Assembly: GCA_050015395.1 (NCBI GenBank)
Contig: JBEKBM010000021.1
Coordinates: forward strand, 1 to 53,010
DNA: 53,010 nucleotides
Source of the DNA: Candidatus Bathyarchaeia archaeon
GTDB taxonomy: Archaea > Thermoproteota > Bathyarchaeia > Bathyarchaeales > Bathycorpusculaceae
Direction: 5' to 3'
Shown here piece by piece: positions 39,951 to 48,785 of this stretch. The notes beneath the pieces are model-generated. The model saw nothing but the letters and a program-made list of their open reading frames with translations, was not told the DNA's origin and ran no database searches. Position numbers and translations under genes: made by a program. Numbering within the stretch: position 1 is the first letter of the stretch; every line of letters begins with the position of its first letter.

Positions 39951-40535
39951 TTAAGCCAAATTTCTTAGAACGTATTCAACAGGGAATATCTGAAGCTGAC
40001 GCCCATTGACTTCTAATTCTTTTGAAGTTGAGAATCCTCTTTTCTCCCTGCCTAAGAGCTCGAGTTTAACTTTCAAGCCTCCACCATAACCGCCAAGCGT
40101 AAAATCAGATTTAACAACTCTGTGGCAGGGAACGATTGGTGCAAAAGGATTAGCCGCCATAACGTTTCCCACAGCCCTTGGTCCACCACCTACCGCTTTG
40201 GCAACTGAGCCGTAAGAAGCCACATAACCGAGAGGAATCTCGACAGCTGTTTTAAGCACTTTTTGCGTGTAAATTGGCAAACGAGTCAAAGCTAACGAGA
40301 AGCCTGCGTTAACATTTTGTCCATCATAAATGCTCTTTATATAAGCGAGAATGTTTTTGGCGAAAGCTGAGGGCTCATGGAAAACCTGAAAGGGCACATT
40401 GAACGGTATATTTCCTAAAATGTTGCTTAATGTTAATTGTTGGCTTACATCAAAGGATGATGCTACAATCTGTTCTTGAGCATAGGCTACTCCGAACCAA
40501 ACGCCGCCAATGTTTTGAGTATAAATTTCTATCAT
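39951..40535 (-). CDS. ogt: Methylated-DNA--protein-cysteine methyltransferase
   Basis: IPLGYVASYG, RAVGNV, VPCHRVV, GGYGGG. Confidence 0.92.
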   Translation of the reverse strand: MIEIYTQNIGGVWFGVAYAQEQIVASSFDVSQQLTLSNILGNIPFNVPFQVFHEPSAFAKNILAYIKSIYDGQNVNAGFSLALTRLPIYTQKVLKTAVEIPLGYVASYGSVAKAVGGGPRAVGNVMAANPFAPIVPCHRVVKSDFTLGGYGGGLKVKLELLGREKRGFSTSKELEVNGRQLQIFPVEYVLRNLA

Positions 40536-40874
40536 TTGCCTTCCTTTCACAACTTACATAGAGACAGAGTCCAAGAGGGTCTACTCCCTAATTAGCATAG
40601 TTAGAAAGCAGGGGTATGTTAAAAGTTTCTGCGGTAAAAAGCTTATTTTGCCTTTGCATTCCATGCAAACAATCACTATCTTAACATTCCTAATGCTTGC
40701 TGGAAATTCAGGAAGCCTTTTGCAAACACGGTTATGTAACCGATTAGTTTTCCGCATTTATGCACCTTCCAGAGGTTAGACTCGGTCATATTTAGTCGCC
40801 TTGCCTGTCATAGAATGGTTATAAGTAAGCTTAATAGATTGTTTTGTGTATATCATCGGGAAAAGGCGAAATTT

Positions 40875-41561
40875 ATGGAAGGATACGGACCACAATTACC
40901 GCAAATACCACAAATCCCACAAATGCCACAGATGCAAGATCCATCACAACAAGCTCAGCAAGGCGGCTACGGCTGGATTCCAGGCGCCACTACAGTTGGC
41001 GTTGTCTTCTCAGACGGAGTACTCTTAGCTGCTGAAAAAAGAGTAACATACGGTTATTTCATTATGAGTAAAGGCGGGAAAAAAGTGTTCAAAGTAACCG
41101 ACCGAATCGGCGTTGCCTGTGCAGGGCTTGTTGGGGATATGCAAATTCTCGCTAAAGAAATGGAAGCGCAAGCTAATCTTTTCAGCATGGACACTGGCAG
41201 AAAAATCAGCGTGCGCTCAGCAGCAAAACTTATGGCAAATGTCCTATTCAACCGTCGATACGCGCCATTAATTACTCAAACTATTGTCGGCGGTTTAGAT
41301 GAAGAAGGTCCATCGCTTTTCGTGCTTGATGTTTTAGGCTCGCTTATACCTGATAAATACGCAGTGGTGGGTTCGGGCACAGAAATTGCTATAGGTGTTT
41401 TGGAAGAAGGCTACAAAGAGACCATGAACGCAAAAGAAGCGAAAGAACTCGTGATGCGTTCTATAAAGTCAGCAATAAGCAGAGATTCAATGAGCGGCGA
41501 TGGCATTGACTTCCTTATTATAACTAAGGAAGGCGTAACTGAAGAATCTGTAAAGTTTTAA
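40875..41561 (+). CDS. psmB: Proteasome beta subunit (Thr1 replaced by Ala; likely non-catalytic paralog)
   Basis: GATTVG, AAEKR, AGLVGDMQ, GSG, RDSMSGDG; PQ-repeat N-terminal extension; ATG at 40875. Confidence 0.92.
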   Translation: MEGYGPQLPQIPQIPQMPQMQDPSQQAQQGGYGWIPGATTVGVVFSDGVLLAAEKRVTYGYFIMSKGGKKVFKVTDRIGVACAGLVGDMQILAKEMEAQANLFSMDTGRKISVRSAAKLMANVLFNRRYAPLITQTIVGGLDEEGPSLFVLDVLGSLIPDKYAVVGSGTEIAIGVLEEGYKETMNAKEAKELVMRSIKSAISRDSMSGDGIDFLIITKEGVTEESVKF

Positions 41562-41643
41562 ACCAATTTTTCTTCAAATTTATCTTTCACTGGAAGAGGG
41601 ATTCAGCGGCCTATGTGCATGTTACTGAGGAAAGGGAAGCGTT

Positions 41644-42267
41644 ATGTCGTTTGAACTAAGCTTAGAAGAAGGAAAATTCTTAATCCAACTTGCTCGAAGC
41701 GCAGTAAACGAAAAATTGGAGAAAGGCAAAACCATTCAACCTCCAAAAGAGACTCCCAAGAAGCTCTTTGAGCAATGCGGCGTATTCGTAACTATAAATA
41801 GTCTAAGGAACGGGGAGAAGGAGCTTCGCGGCTGTATAGGTTACCCTTACCCGACAAGTCCGCTGGTTGAAGCAGTGATTGATTCTGCCATTAATGCTGC
41901 AACACAAGACCCACGGTTTTATCCATTAACCTTAAAGGAATTGAGCAAAGTTGTTTTTGAAGTAAGCGTGCTAACGCCTCCAGAGCCTGTGGAAGTTAAG
42001 AATCCGAAGGAGTACTTGAGTAAAATTAAGGTTGGCGAAGACGGCTTAATTGTTGAAAGGGGCTTCTATCGGGGTTTGCTTTTGCCACAAGTGCCTATTG
42101 AATGGGGATGGTGTGAAGAAGAATTTCTTTGCCAATGCTGCGTCAAAGCAGGGCTTTCCCCGGACAGTTGGCTAACGAAAGATGCTAAAATATACAAGTT
42201 TAAAGCTATCATTTTTGAGGAAGAAGCGCCACTGGGCGAAGTTAAACGTGTAAACCTTGGCAAATAG
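41644..42267 (+). CDS. AMMECR1-domain protein
   Basis: GVFVT, LRGCIG, DPRF, EVSVL, GLLLPQV. Confidence 0.92.
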   Translation: MSFELSLEEGKFLIQLARSAVNEKLEKGKTIQPPKETPKKLFEQCGVFVTINSLRNGEKELRGCIGYPYPTSPLVEAVIDSAINAATQDPRFYPLTLKELSKVVFEVSVLTPPEPVEVKNPKEYLSKIKVGEDGLIVERGFYRGLLLPQVPIEWGWCEEEFLCQCCVKAGLSPDSWLTKDAKIYKFKAIIFEEEAPLGEVKRVNLGK

Positions 42268-42276
42268 CAATCGGCG

Positions 42277-43416
42277 TTAATCTAGTAGGGTTTCTATGAT
42301 TGTAACTGCCCTGTCTAACCCTTTAAACTTGTTAGAGAACTCGTTGAGCGCCAGCATGTTTCTGTCGAAGGATTCTTGCTCCTTTTCCATTTTCGCAACC
42401 GCCTTTTGTAATTGGCCTTTGTTTTTAATAGTTATTGAGCAGCCTAAGTCTTGAAGTTTGGCAGCGTTGCCCAACTGTTCAGGTTGTGTTGGAATGCAGA
42501 TGCTTGGTTTTGAATATTTGATGGTTTCAAAGCATGTTGCGTGTCCACCGCTAAAGATTACGAATTTAGCGTTTTTCATACATTCCTGCCGTTCGTGTGG
42601 AGATAGCCAAGTGTGAAGTTCGCAATTTCCAATTTTGGCGGTAACTTTCTTTCCCGGCGTTCCTAAGCTGATGACGCATTTAGTTTTGAGTTTTTCAAGG
42701 ACTGGAAGGAGGGTTTTCATTATTTTTGCTCTTGTGCCTGGTGGTCCGCTTATGGGTGCAAAAATGTGTTCTTGTGAGCCTTTAGCGTGTGTTGTGTCAA
42801 CGAAGCTTCCTATGAATTCAGCTTTCCCGTTTAATCCTATATTATCCAAGTTTCCAATACTATACTCAGATATAGTGTACGGTGGAGGATTATCTGGGAT
42901 TATTATTTTTGAGCACCGCTTTACATATCGTTCAATCAGTCGTTCGCCTGGATTAAGGAAAGCAGAGAAGCCGTAGCTTGGCCTTATCATGTTAGCGATG
43001 TAAACTGAGGGAAACCCCCATTTCTGCGCAAGCCTAAGCGCGTTTATGTCACCATCGGCGATAAGAACGTCAGGCGCAATATCACGAATATTTTCTCTAA
43101 GGTCATAGTAACGATGTATAGTTTCCATTGTACTGGAATTTTTTATTTCAAACTTGTTTTTTTCGATGTTAAACAGTGGAAGAGGAAATAAAACGTTGAT
43201 TAGCGAGGCAGAAGTGATTATGCCATAGGCGTTCTCATACCAAGATACTGGCGTGCATTTGTAAACATTTCTAAATTCTTTCTGGAGCATCTGGTAAGCT
43301 TTGCCGCCTGAGAAAAAGAACAATTCATGACCATTTTTCTCCAGTTTCTTTCCTAAGGGTATGATACGGGAAACATGGCCTAAGCCAAGCTCTGAACAGC
43401 TTAACAGCAATCGCAT
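42277..43416 (-). CDS. GT-B glycosyltransferase (GT28/MurG-like)
   Basis: GLGHVSR, SGGHAT..E, QPEQLGNA. Confidence 0.82.
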   Translation of the reverse strand: MRLLLSCSELGLGHVSRIIPLGKKLEKNGHELFFFSGGKAYQMLQKEFRNVYKCTPVSWYENAYGIITSASLINVLFPLPLFNIEKNKFEIKNSSTMETIHRYYDLRENIRDIAPDVLIADGDINALRLAQKWGFPSVYIANMIRPSYGFSAFLNPGERLIERYVKRCSKIIIPDNPPPYTISEYSIGNLDNIGLNGKAEFIGSFVDTTHAKGSQEHIFAPISGPPGTRAKIMKTLLPVLEKLKTKCVISLGTPGKKVTAKIGNCELHTWLSPHERQECMKNAKFVIFSGGHATCFETIKYSKPSICIPTQPEQLGNAAKLQDLGCSITIKNKGQLQKAVAKMEKEQESFDRNMLALNEFSNKFKGLDRAVTIIETLLD

Positions 43417-43511
43417 ATGAACACAAGATAGGTCGACGATTTATTTTAACTATCCCGTATTCTGCTTGAAAAAAGCAAGCAATTTAAGGGTTAAACGCAA
43501 CAGTACAAGAT

Positions 43512-44366
43512 ATGTTTGTTCCACGAAAAATTCTGGAAGAAAAGCTCAGGCAAATACTTGCGGAAGACATTGGGCAAGGCGATGTAACAGCGCAAGCAAT
43601 TATTCCGCCAAATTTAACTGTTAAGGCAATAGTTATAGCTAAAGAAGAAGGCATAGCTGCAGGAATTGAAGAAGCAATCATTCTCGCTGAGTATTTAGGA
43701 TTAAAAGTTAAAGCTAAAGTTGCTGACGGAGAAAAAATAAAAAATAAACAAGTATTAATGGAAATCTCAGGAGATGCCCAAACCATTCTCTGCGCTGAAA
43801 GAACAATGCTAAATCTTCTTTCTCGAATGAGCGGTATCGCAACTGCCACACGAACGTTAACAAATAAACTTGAAAAAGCAGGTGCTAAAGCGAAAATCGC
43901 TGCGACACGTAAATCGGCGCCGGGATTGCTTTATTTTGATAAAAAAGCAGTAACCATAGGAAGCGGAGATCCACATAGGCTTCATTTGGATGATATGGTT
44001 TTGATTAAAGACAATCATTTAGTAATAGTTGGAAGCGTTGAGGGTGCAGTTAAAAAAGCAAAAGCGAACGCTTCTTTTAGCAAAAAAATTGAGGTGGAAG
44101 TTACAAAAGCTGAGGATGCAATGCAGGCGGCTAAGGCAGGAGCAGACATTATTATGCTGGACAATTTTTCGCCTAAACAGGCTAAGGATGCAGGTGAAAT
44201 GTTAAAGAAAGCTGGTTTTGCCAATGTGCTGTTGGAAGTAAGCGGTAAAATTACAGGCGAGAACCTTTTGGAGTACGCGGCGGCGCAAGTTGACATTATA
44301 AGTATGGGAGAGCTTACTCATAGCGTTAAAGCCTTAGATATAAGTTTAGAAATAATGAAAGATTAA
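43512..44366 (+). CDS. nadC: Quinolinate phosphoribosyltransferase
   Basis: EDIGQGDVT, ERTMLN, TRKS, HRLHLDD, IKDNH, IEVEV, IMLDN. Confidence 0.95.
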   Translation: MFVPRKILEEKLRQILAEDIGQGDVTAQAIIPPNLTVKAIVIAKEEGIAAGIEEAIILAEYLGLKVKAKVADGEKIKNKQVLMEISGDAQTILCAERTMLNLLSRMSGIATATRTLTNKLEKAGAKAKIAATRKSAPGLLYFDKKAVTIGSGDPHRLHLDDMVLIKDNHLVIVGSVEGAVKKAKANASFSKKIEVEVTKAEDAMQAAKAGADIIMLDNFSPKQAKDAGEMLKKAGFANVLLEVSGKITGENLLEYAAAQVDIISMGELTHSVKALDISLEIMKD

Positions 44367-44396
44367 AAAGAAAAGGGTTATCTGCCAATTTTGGTT

Positions 44397-44951
44397 TTAG
44401 CCTAATACGGCTATTAGCCACACTTCTATTATTGCACTTACGATCAGTATGGCAGCACAGATTCCTATTAGCATTGCAGTGTTTTTTAGTTCAAGCCATC
44501 GCCGTTGCATTAGTCTGCGGGTCAGCCAAATGCCTTCTGCCATTGCAGTTGAATAAGCAGCGAATTCTAGCCAGAACACGGGTGTTAACACTAAGCTTAG
44601 CAGTTCTATCCATACAGGATAGCCTTGTACGGAAGATATAGCCCCAAGGGCAAGACCAGTATTACCCATTACTAAAAATCCCCATATAAGCCCAATTATG
44701 GGAACGAACATTGGCAAGCAAACTTCGAAAAAATTGTTGAAGAAAATGAATTCTGTTCGGCTGCCAAAGGACTTGTGTGCATTAAGAGTCGCGTTTACAC
44801 CGTTACTTAATGTCTGTGCGTCTTGATGGCTGAGGGGTATATAGCTTCCGATAACCGTAATTATGAATGCAAGTATGAAAATTATTATGATTGAATAGAT
44901 TCTCTTGCGTTTTGATGAAGCATTCGTCCAAAAGGACAAATCAAGTTTCAT
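44397..44951 (-). CDS. SpoIIM-family membrane protein
   Basis: IFFNN, WLEFAAY, SAIIE motifs; several TMs. Confidence 0.75.
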   Translation of the reverse strand: MKLDLSFWTNASSKRKRIYSIIIIFILAFIITVIGSYIPLSHQDAQTLSNGVNATLNAHKSFGSRTEFIFFNNFFEVCLPMFVPIIGLIWGFLVMGNTGLALGAISSVQGYPVWIELLSLVLTPVFWLEFAAYSTAMAEGIWLTRRLMQRRWLELKNTAMLIGICAAILIVSAIIEVWLIAVLG

Positions 44952-44964
44952 TGTATACCTTCTT

Positions 44965-45657
44965 TTAGTTTGTGAGCTTAATTTTTAAGGCGCGGAATCC
45001 TCGCGCACAAGGGTTTAGCGTTTCTATCATTTTAACCTTTGTTAAAACTCTTTCAACATCAACAGCGTAGCCACGTACGTCATGCTCAGCCGCTATAAGC
45101 GAGTAAAGGTACACGCGGTCTTCTTGCACTATTGGTTGACACATTAAAGGTAAACCCAGCAAAACAGGCTCTTTTTGATCCACCACTTTTTTGCAAGCAT
45201 ACAAAATTGCTTCTGCACCAGCCGTTAACTCCGCAATACGGACGGGAACACTTTCTTTACCAATAGCCAACATGTCCACATCATGGATCCGTTTGATTTC
45301 GCCAGCAATTTTCCGTAGCCTAGGCAAAATCTTCAAAATGTTTTGTCTTCCGGTTCTTGATGCGCGCAAGTTTGAAAGCTCAACTGGCGATAACTCCTCA
45401 ATGGAGACACCACCAAGCGACAAATCCAAATGCACAACATCAGCCTTCATTTTATCAAGCAAACTTCTGCAAAGCTCAGCTTCATGCACTATCACTTCAA
45501 AGCCGCTTTCAACTTCTCTAAAAATTGGTTCAGCCAACCGGAAAGACGGTTCCCTGTACGGTGGATCAACCAGCACTGAAACAGAAGCAACAAGGCACAG
45601 TGGCTTAAACTGCTGGTCTAATATTGCCGCCGCAGAATCCGCCGATATAACTCTCAA
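44965..45657 (-). CDS. DUF4152-like protein (RNase H-like fold predicted)
   Basis: MRVISADSAAA, VHLDLS, AIGKESVPVRIAEL. Confidence 0.65.
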   Translation of the reverse strand: MRVISADSAAAILDQQFKPLCLVASVSVLVDPPYREPSFRLAEPIFREVESGFEVIVHEAELCRSLLDKMKADVVHLDLSLGGVSIEELSPVELSNLRASRTGRQNILKILPRLRKIAGEIKRIHDVDMLAIGKESVPVRIAELTAGAEAILYACKKVVDQKEPVLLGLPLMCQPIVQEDRVYLYSLIAAEHDVRGYAVDVERVLTKVKMIETLNPCARGFRALKIKLTN

Positions 45658-45696
45658 GCCTTACACCTAACAATAATAGTAGTTGAGCAGAAGAAA

Positions 45697-46329
45697 TTAG
45701 GTTTCCTGTTCACAGTTACCCTTCGATTTTAAGCCTAAGGCCAAAAGGTACATTTCAGAGCTTTTAGCCCGGCTCGCCTGAGGCTTCACTATCTTGACAG
45801 TATCAAAGAGATCTTTTACCTTCAGGATAAAGTCGTTGAACATTTCGCCTTCGAAGAGTTTTACAAAAAAGTTTCCTTTGGGCTTAAGTAGGCATTGGGC
45901 TATTTCTAATGCTTTGGTTGCTAAGTCGATTTGTCTTGCATGGTCAACTTCCCAAACTCCAGTAATGTTTGGTGCAGCATCAGAGATTACCGCGTCCGCT
46001 TCGCGAGGCAGAAAAGAGCGTATTTCCTCGACTATGCCTGGCTCAGTAAAGTCTGCAATTATTGTTCTGATGTATTCTTGAGTGAAGGGTTCGATTGGTT
46101 TTAAATCGACGCCTAGAACGAAGCCGTTTTTTCCAGTCATTTTTCTTGCGGCTTGAATCCAGCCGCCTGGCGCAGCGCCTAAATCGACTACTACGTCGTC
46201 TCTTTGTATGAAACCATATTTCGCGTTGGCTTGAACTAGCTTGTATGTGGCTCTGGAGCGGTAGTTTTCTTCTTTGGCTTTTTTGTAGTAGTATTCTCGT
46301 TTTCTATCTTGGATCCAAGCTTTCGGCAA
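45697..46329 (-). CDS. rlmE: 23S rRNA Um2552 methyltransferase RlmE/FtsJ
   Basis: YRSRATYKL, VDLGAAPGGW, SDAAPN, KP.ASR..SSEMY; TTG at 46329 is likely. Confidence 0.95.
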   Translation of the reverse strand: MPKAWIQDRKREYYYKKAKEENYRSRATYKLVQANAKYGFIQRDDVVVDLGAAPGGWIQAARKMTGKNGFVLGVDLKPIEPFTQEYIRTIIADFTEPGIVEEIRSFLPREADAVISDAAPNITGVWEVDHARQIDLATKALEIAQCLLKPKGNFFVKLFEGEMFNDFILKVKDLFDTVKIVKPQASRAKSSEMYLLALGLKSKGNCEQET

Positions 46330-46735
46330 GTGAATCATCCTCTTGTGTGCTTGGCGCGCTTGGACCCGCAGGAGTGGTGGCGGCTTCTTTTCCTAAGGCA
46401 AGTATCCAATCGGTAAGTTTTGGGCAGCTTTTAGGCGAGAGCGCAGTTGTGGGGTCACACCTTTCATTGTCTGGGCAGAGTAAGCATGGGCAGTCAACGA
46501 TGGTTTCTATCGATGCTGGAAGCCTTTTTGGGTAAAGCCGATATGTCCATCTGCCTTCTTGCAGTTCTTTTTCTCTGCGGATTAAGCCTTTTTCTTCTAG
46601 TTTTATGGAGACACGTGAGCCTTCTCGACTGCTTGCGCCTAGTTCACGCCATAAATCAGATTGAAGCACGCCTTGATAGCCAGTGTTTACCACATAATGA
46701 AGTGCTTTCTGTTCAAGGTCATTACGTTTAGGCAT
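46304..46735 (-). CDS. TFE-beta / RNA polymerase III RPC34 homolog (wHTH + Fe-S cluster domain)
   Basis: GVLQSDLW.EL...SREGSR...LE.KGLIRR wHTH, then CLLC-x5-C-x10-C..LTDW. Confidence 0.8.
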   Translation of the reverse strand: MPKRNDLEQKALHYVVNTGYQGVLQSDLWRELGASSREGSRVSIKLEEKGLIRREKELQEGRWTYRLYPKRLPASIETIVDCPCLLCPDNERCDPTTALSPKSCPKLTDWILALGKEAATTPAGPSAPSTQEDDSLAESLDPR

Positions 46736-47435
46736 CTGATATCAATTCCAAATGATGCAATTAGAATATAAGCGTTGAATCCAGATAAAAATATGTTTCC
46801 GTAGCTGTAGCTGTAGATAATACATCAATTGACCCAGAATTCATAAAATCTTTAAGTTTTGAGGGGGTGACTGTCTACGAGTGACTTTACGGAAAAAAAT
46901 GAGAAATGGATTCTCAAATTCGAGTCGGGTCGCAATTGGGTTGCTAAACTCAAGAAAAAAAGATACTACTACTGATTTTCCGACCACACATTCCGATTTC
47001 CTTTTGAGCGACAAGAAGTGTCTAGGAAAAAGACGTTTTTTGCCGATAGCGGCTCAGGTCTTGTTGAGCCGACGCCATTAGAACCGATTCTTTAAACGGT
47101 TTGATTAACTGCTGGAATCGTGCGGAAAACTCTGGCAAAATAGTTCATAATCCAATCCTTCAAAATTGCCGAAAAACTTAGGGTATGTACATACGGTAGA
47201 GTCTTACCAAATCCCACGGGACTCCCGTGCCATTTGCACCCTAGAGCGATTTGAATTGTCGCAAGTCCGCCCATAACTGAAGTAATGGGGGGTAGTGGAT
47301 TCTAGCTAGAATTTTTTTCAAAAATATTTGCAAAGAGCGAATAGAAAATTCAGCTTCATTAAGACGGTTTTGCGGAAAAGTTATATCTGAACCGAACTAT
47401 ACTGCCTTGTTTGGCTATTGATAGGTGTCTTGGGA

Positions 47436-48317
47436 ATGCGAAAATCTTATGGAAAAATAAGTCCGACCGCTAAACTAGTGGCTTACCTACGAACTTTTAC
47501 AGATATTCCTTACGCCAAAGAAATAGCGTTGGAGAGTGGAGCAAAGAAAACCTTCCAAGAATTAGCTGGGGAAAGCGAAGAATCAATGGTTCGATTCTTT
47601 CCTTTTTCGGAAGCACGATACAAGGTTACTGACCGAATTCTAGCAGAACACGACATGACTCAGGTTCTAGAAATTGCCGCTGGGCTTTCTCCTCGTGGGT
47701 TGGAAATGACTAGAAATCCAGATGTCGTTTATGTTGTAACTGATTTACCAGAGATGCTAGAGGTGGAAGAGACGATTGCAGAGACAATACTCACTAAGTC
47801 AAATAGTCACCGTTCAAATCTTCATTTCCAAGTCGCAAATTGTCTTGATATGGAAAGTTTATCAAAAGCGGCTATGGCTTTCAAATTTGATAGACCTTTA
47901 GCGATTATTACTGAAGGATTAATTCCGTATCTCAATCGTAGAGAAACGGGAGTCTTGGCTGGCAATATTCATGAGGTTCTCGAAAAATATGGTGGACTAT
48001 GGATTGCAACAGAAGTCCACACTAAGGGATACTGGCAAGAAATCTCTCAATTAGACGAAAAACTAATACGGAAACGATTATCAGCTATTTCTAGTAGCAC
48101 GGGGAGCGATTTTGAGAGCAACGCTTTTGCTGACAAGAACGATGTGGAACAATTTTTTGGGAAAGCTGGATTTAAGATAGAAGAATACTCACATTCAAAG
48201 GTTCTTGAAGATTTGTCTTCAGTAAAACTATTGAATCTCAATCAGGAAGAGAAACAGAAGATAAGACGAGGGCTTGAAATATTCAAAACCTTAATTTTAA
48301 CTCCTCGCAATACTTAG
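47436..48317 (+). CDS. Class I SAM-dependent methyltransferase (LCM/TcmP-like)
   Basis: ISPTAKLVAYLR, QVLEIAAGLSPRG, TDLP, ITEGLIPYL; flanked by 15-bp direct repeats. Confidence 0.82.
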   Translation: MRKSYGKISPTAKLVAYLRTFTDIPYAKEIALESGAKKTFQELAGESEESMVRFFPFSEARYKVTDRILAEHDMTQVLEIAAGLSPRGLEMTRNPDVVYVVTDLPEMLEVEETIAETILTKSNSHRSNLHFQVANCLDMESLSKAAMAFKFDRPLAIITEGLIPYLNRRETGVLAGNIHEVLEKYGGLWIATEVHTKGYWQEISQLDEKLIRKRLSAISSSTGSDFESNAFADKNDVEQFFGKAGFKIEEYSHSKVLEDLSSVKLLNLNQEEKQKIRRGLEIFKTLILTPRNT

Positions 48318-48375
48318 AGCCAGTTTTGGGTTTTACGGAAAAGCCGTTAATTAACGTGAGGGTTTTCTCTTGAAG

Positions 48376-48555
48376 TTAGCTCTCGGATAGTTTCTGTTTG
48401 GCTTTTGTTATCAGTTCAAATTCTTCATTAAGTGCTTGATAGTGCTTTCTGATTCTAAGGTTGAGCATACGGAAAGCTCCGCTGTTTCTTTCACCGCTTT
48501 TGAGAAATTCTGTTAATAGTTCCCTCTCTTTGTCGCTTAGGATATGTTCGTGCAT
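48376..48555 (-). CDS. 59-aa helical hypothetical protein (not in ORF track)
   Basis: MHEHILSDKERELLTEFLKSGERNSGAFRMLNLRIRKHYQALNEEFELITKAKQKLSES; ATG to TAA with amphipathic helices. Confidence 0.6.
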   Translation of the reverse strand: MHEHILSDKERELLTEFLKSGERNSGAFRMLNLRIRKHYQALNEEFELITKAKQKLSES

Positions 48556-48556
48556 A

Positions 48557-48609
48557 TGTCACTAATACAGTAACGTTTACATCTAGTTATCGTCACTACA
48601 TTAGTGACA
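48557..48609. promoter_or_regulatory. Operator-like inverted repeats between divergent micro-genes
   Basis: TGTCACTAAT (48557-48566) and ATTAGTGACA (48600-48609) form a perfect IR; nested GTCACTA-cat-TAGTGAC (48592-48608). Confidence 0.55.
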
Positions 48610-48621
48610 AGGTGACTAAAC

Positions 48622-48729
48622 ATGAACGAAGAAACAGTAACCAGAGAACAAGCGCAAGAAATGATAGAGCTATTAAAGCAAATCCGTGACAAGCTCGATA
48701 CCTTAGTCGCTTTTGCTGGGATGCACTAA
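48622..48729 (+). CDS. 35-aa coiled-coil microprotein (not in ORF track)
   Basis: MNEETVTREQAQEMIELLKQIRDKLDTLVAFAGMH preceded by a strong AAGGTGA RBS. Confidence 0.5.
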   Translation: MNEETVTREQAQEMIELLKQIRDKLDTLVAFAGMH

Positions 48730-48785
48730 AATGACTAACCAAAACCAAAAGAGAATTATCTACAGTTGCAGAAGTAGATACAAAT

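Noticed and set aside
46881-47274. ORFs of 66 aa (+) and 60 aa (-)
   Set aside because: No motifs, atypical composition, no convincing RBS; treated as non-coding
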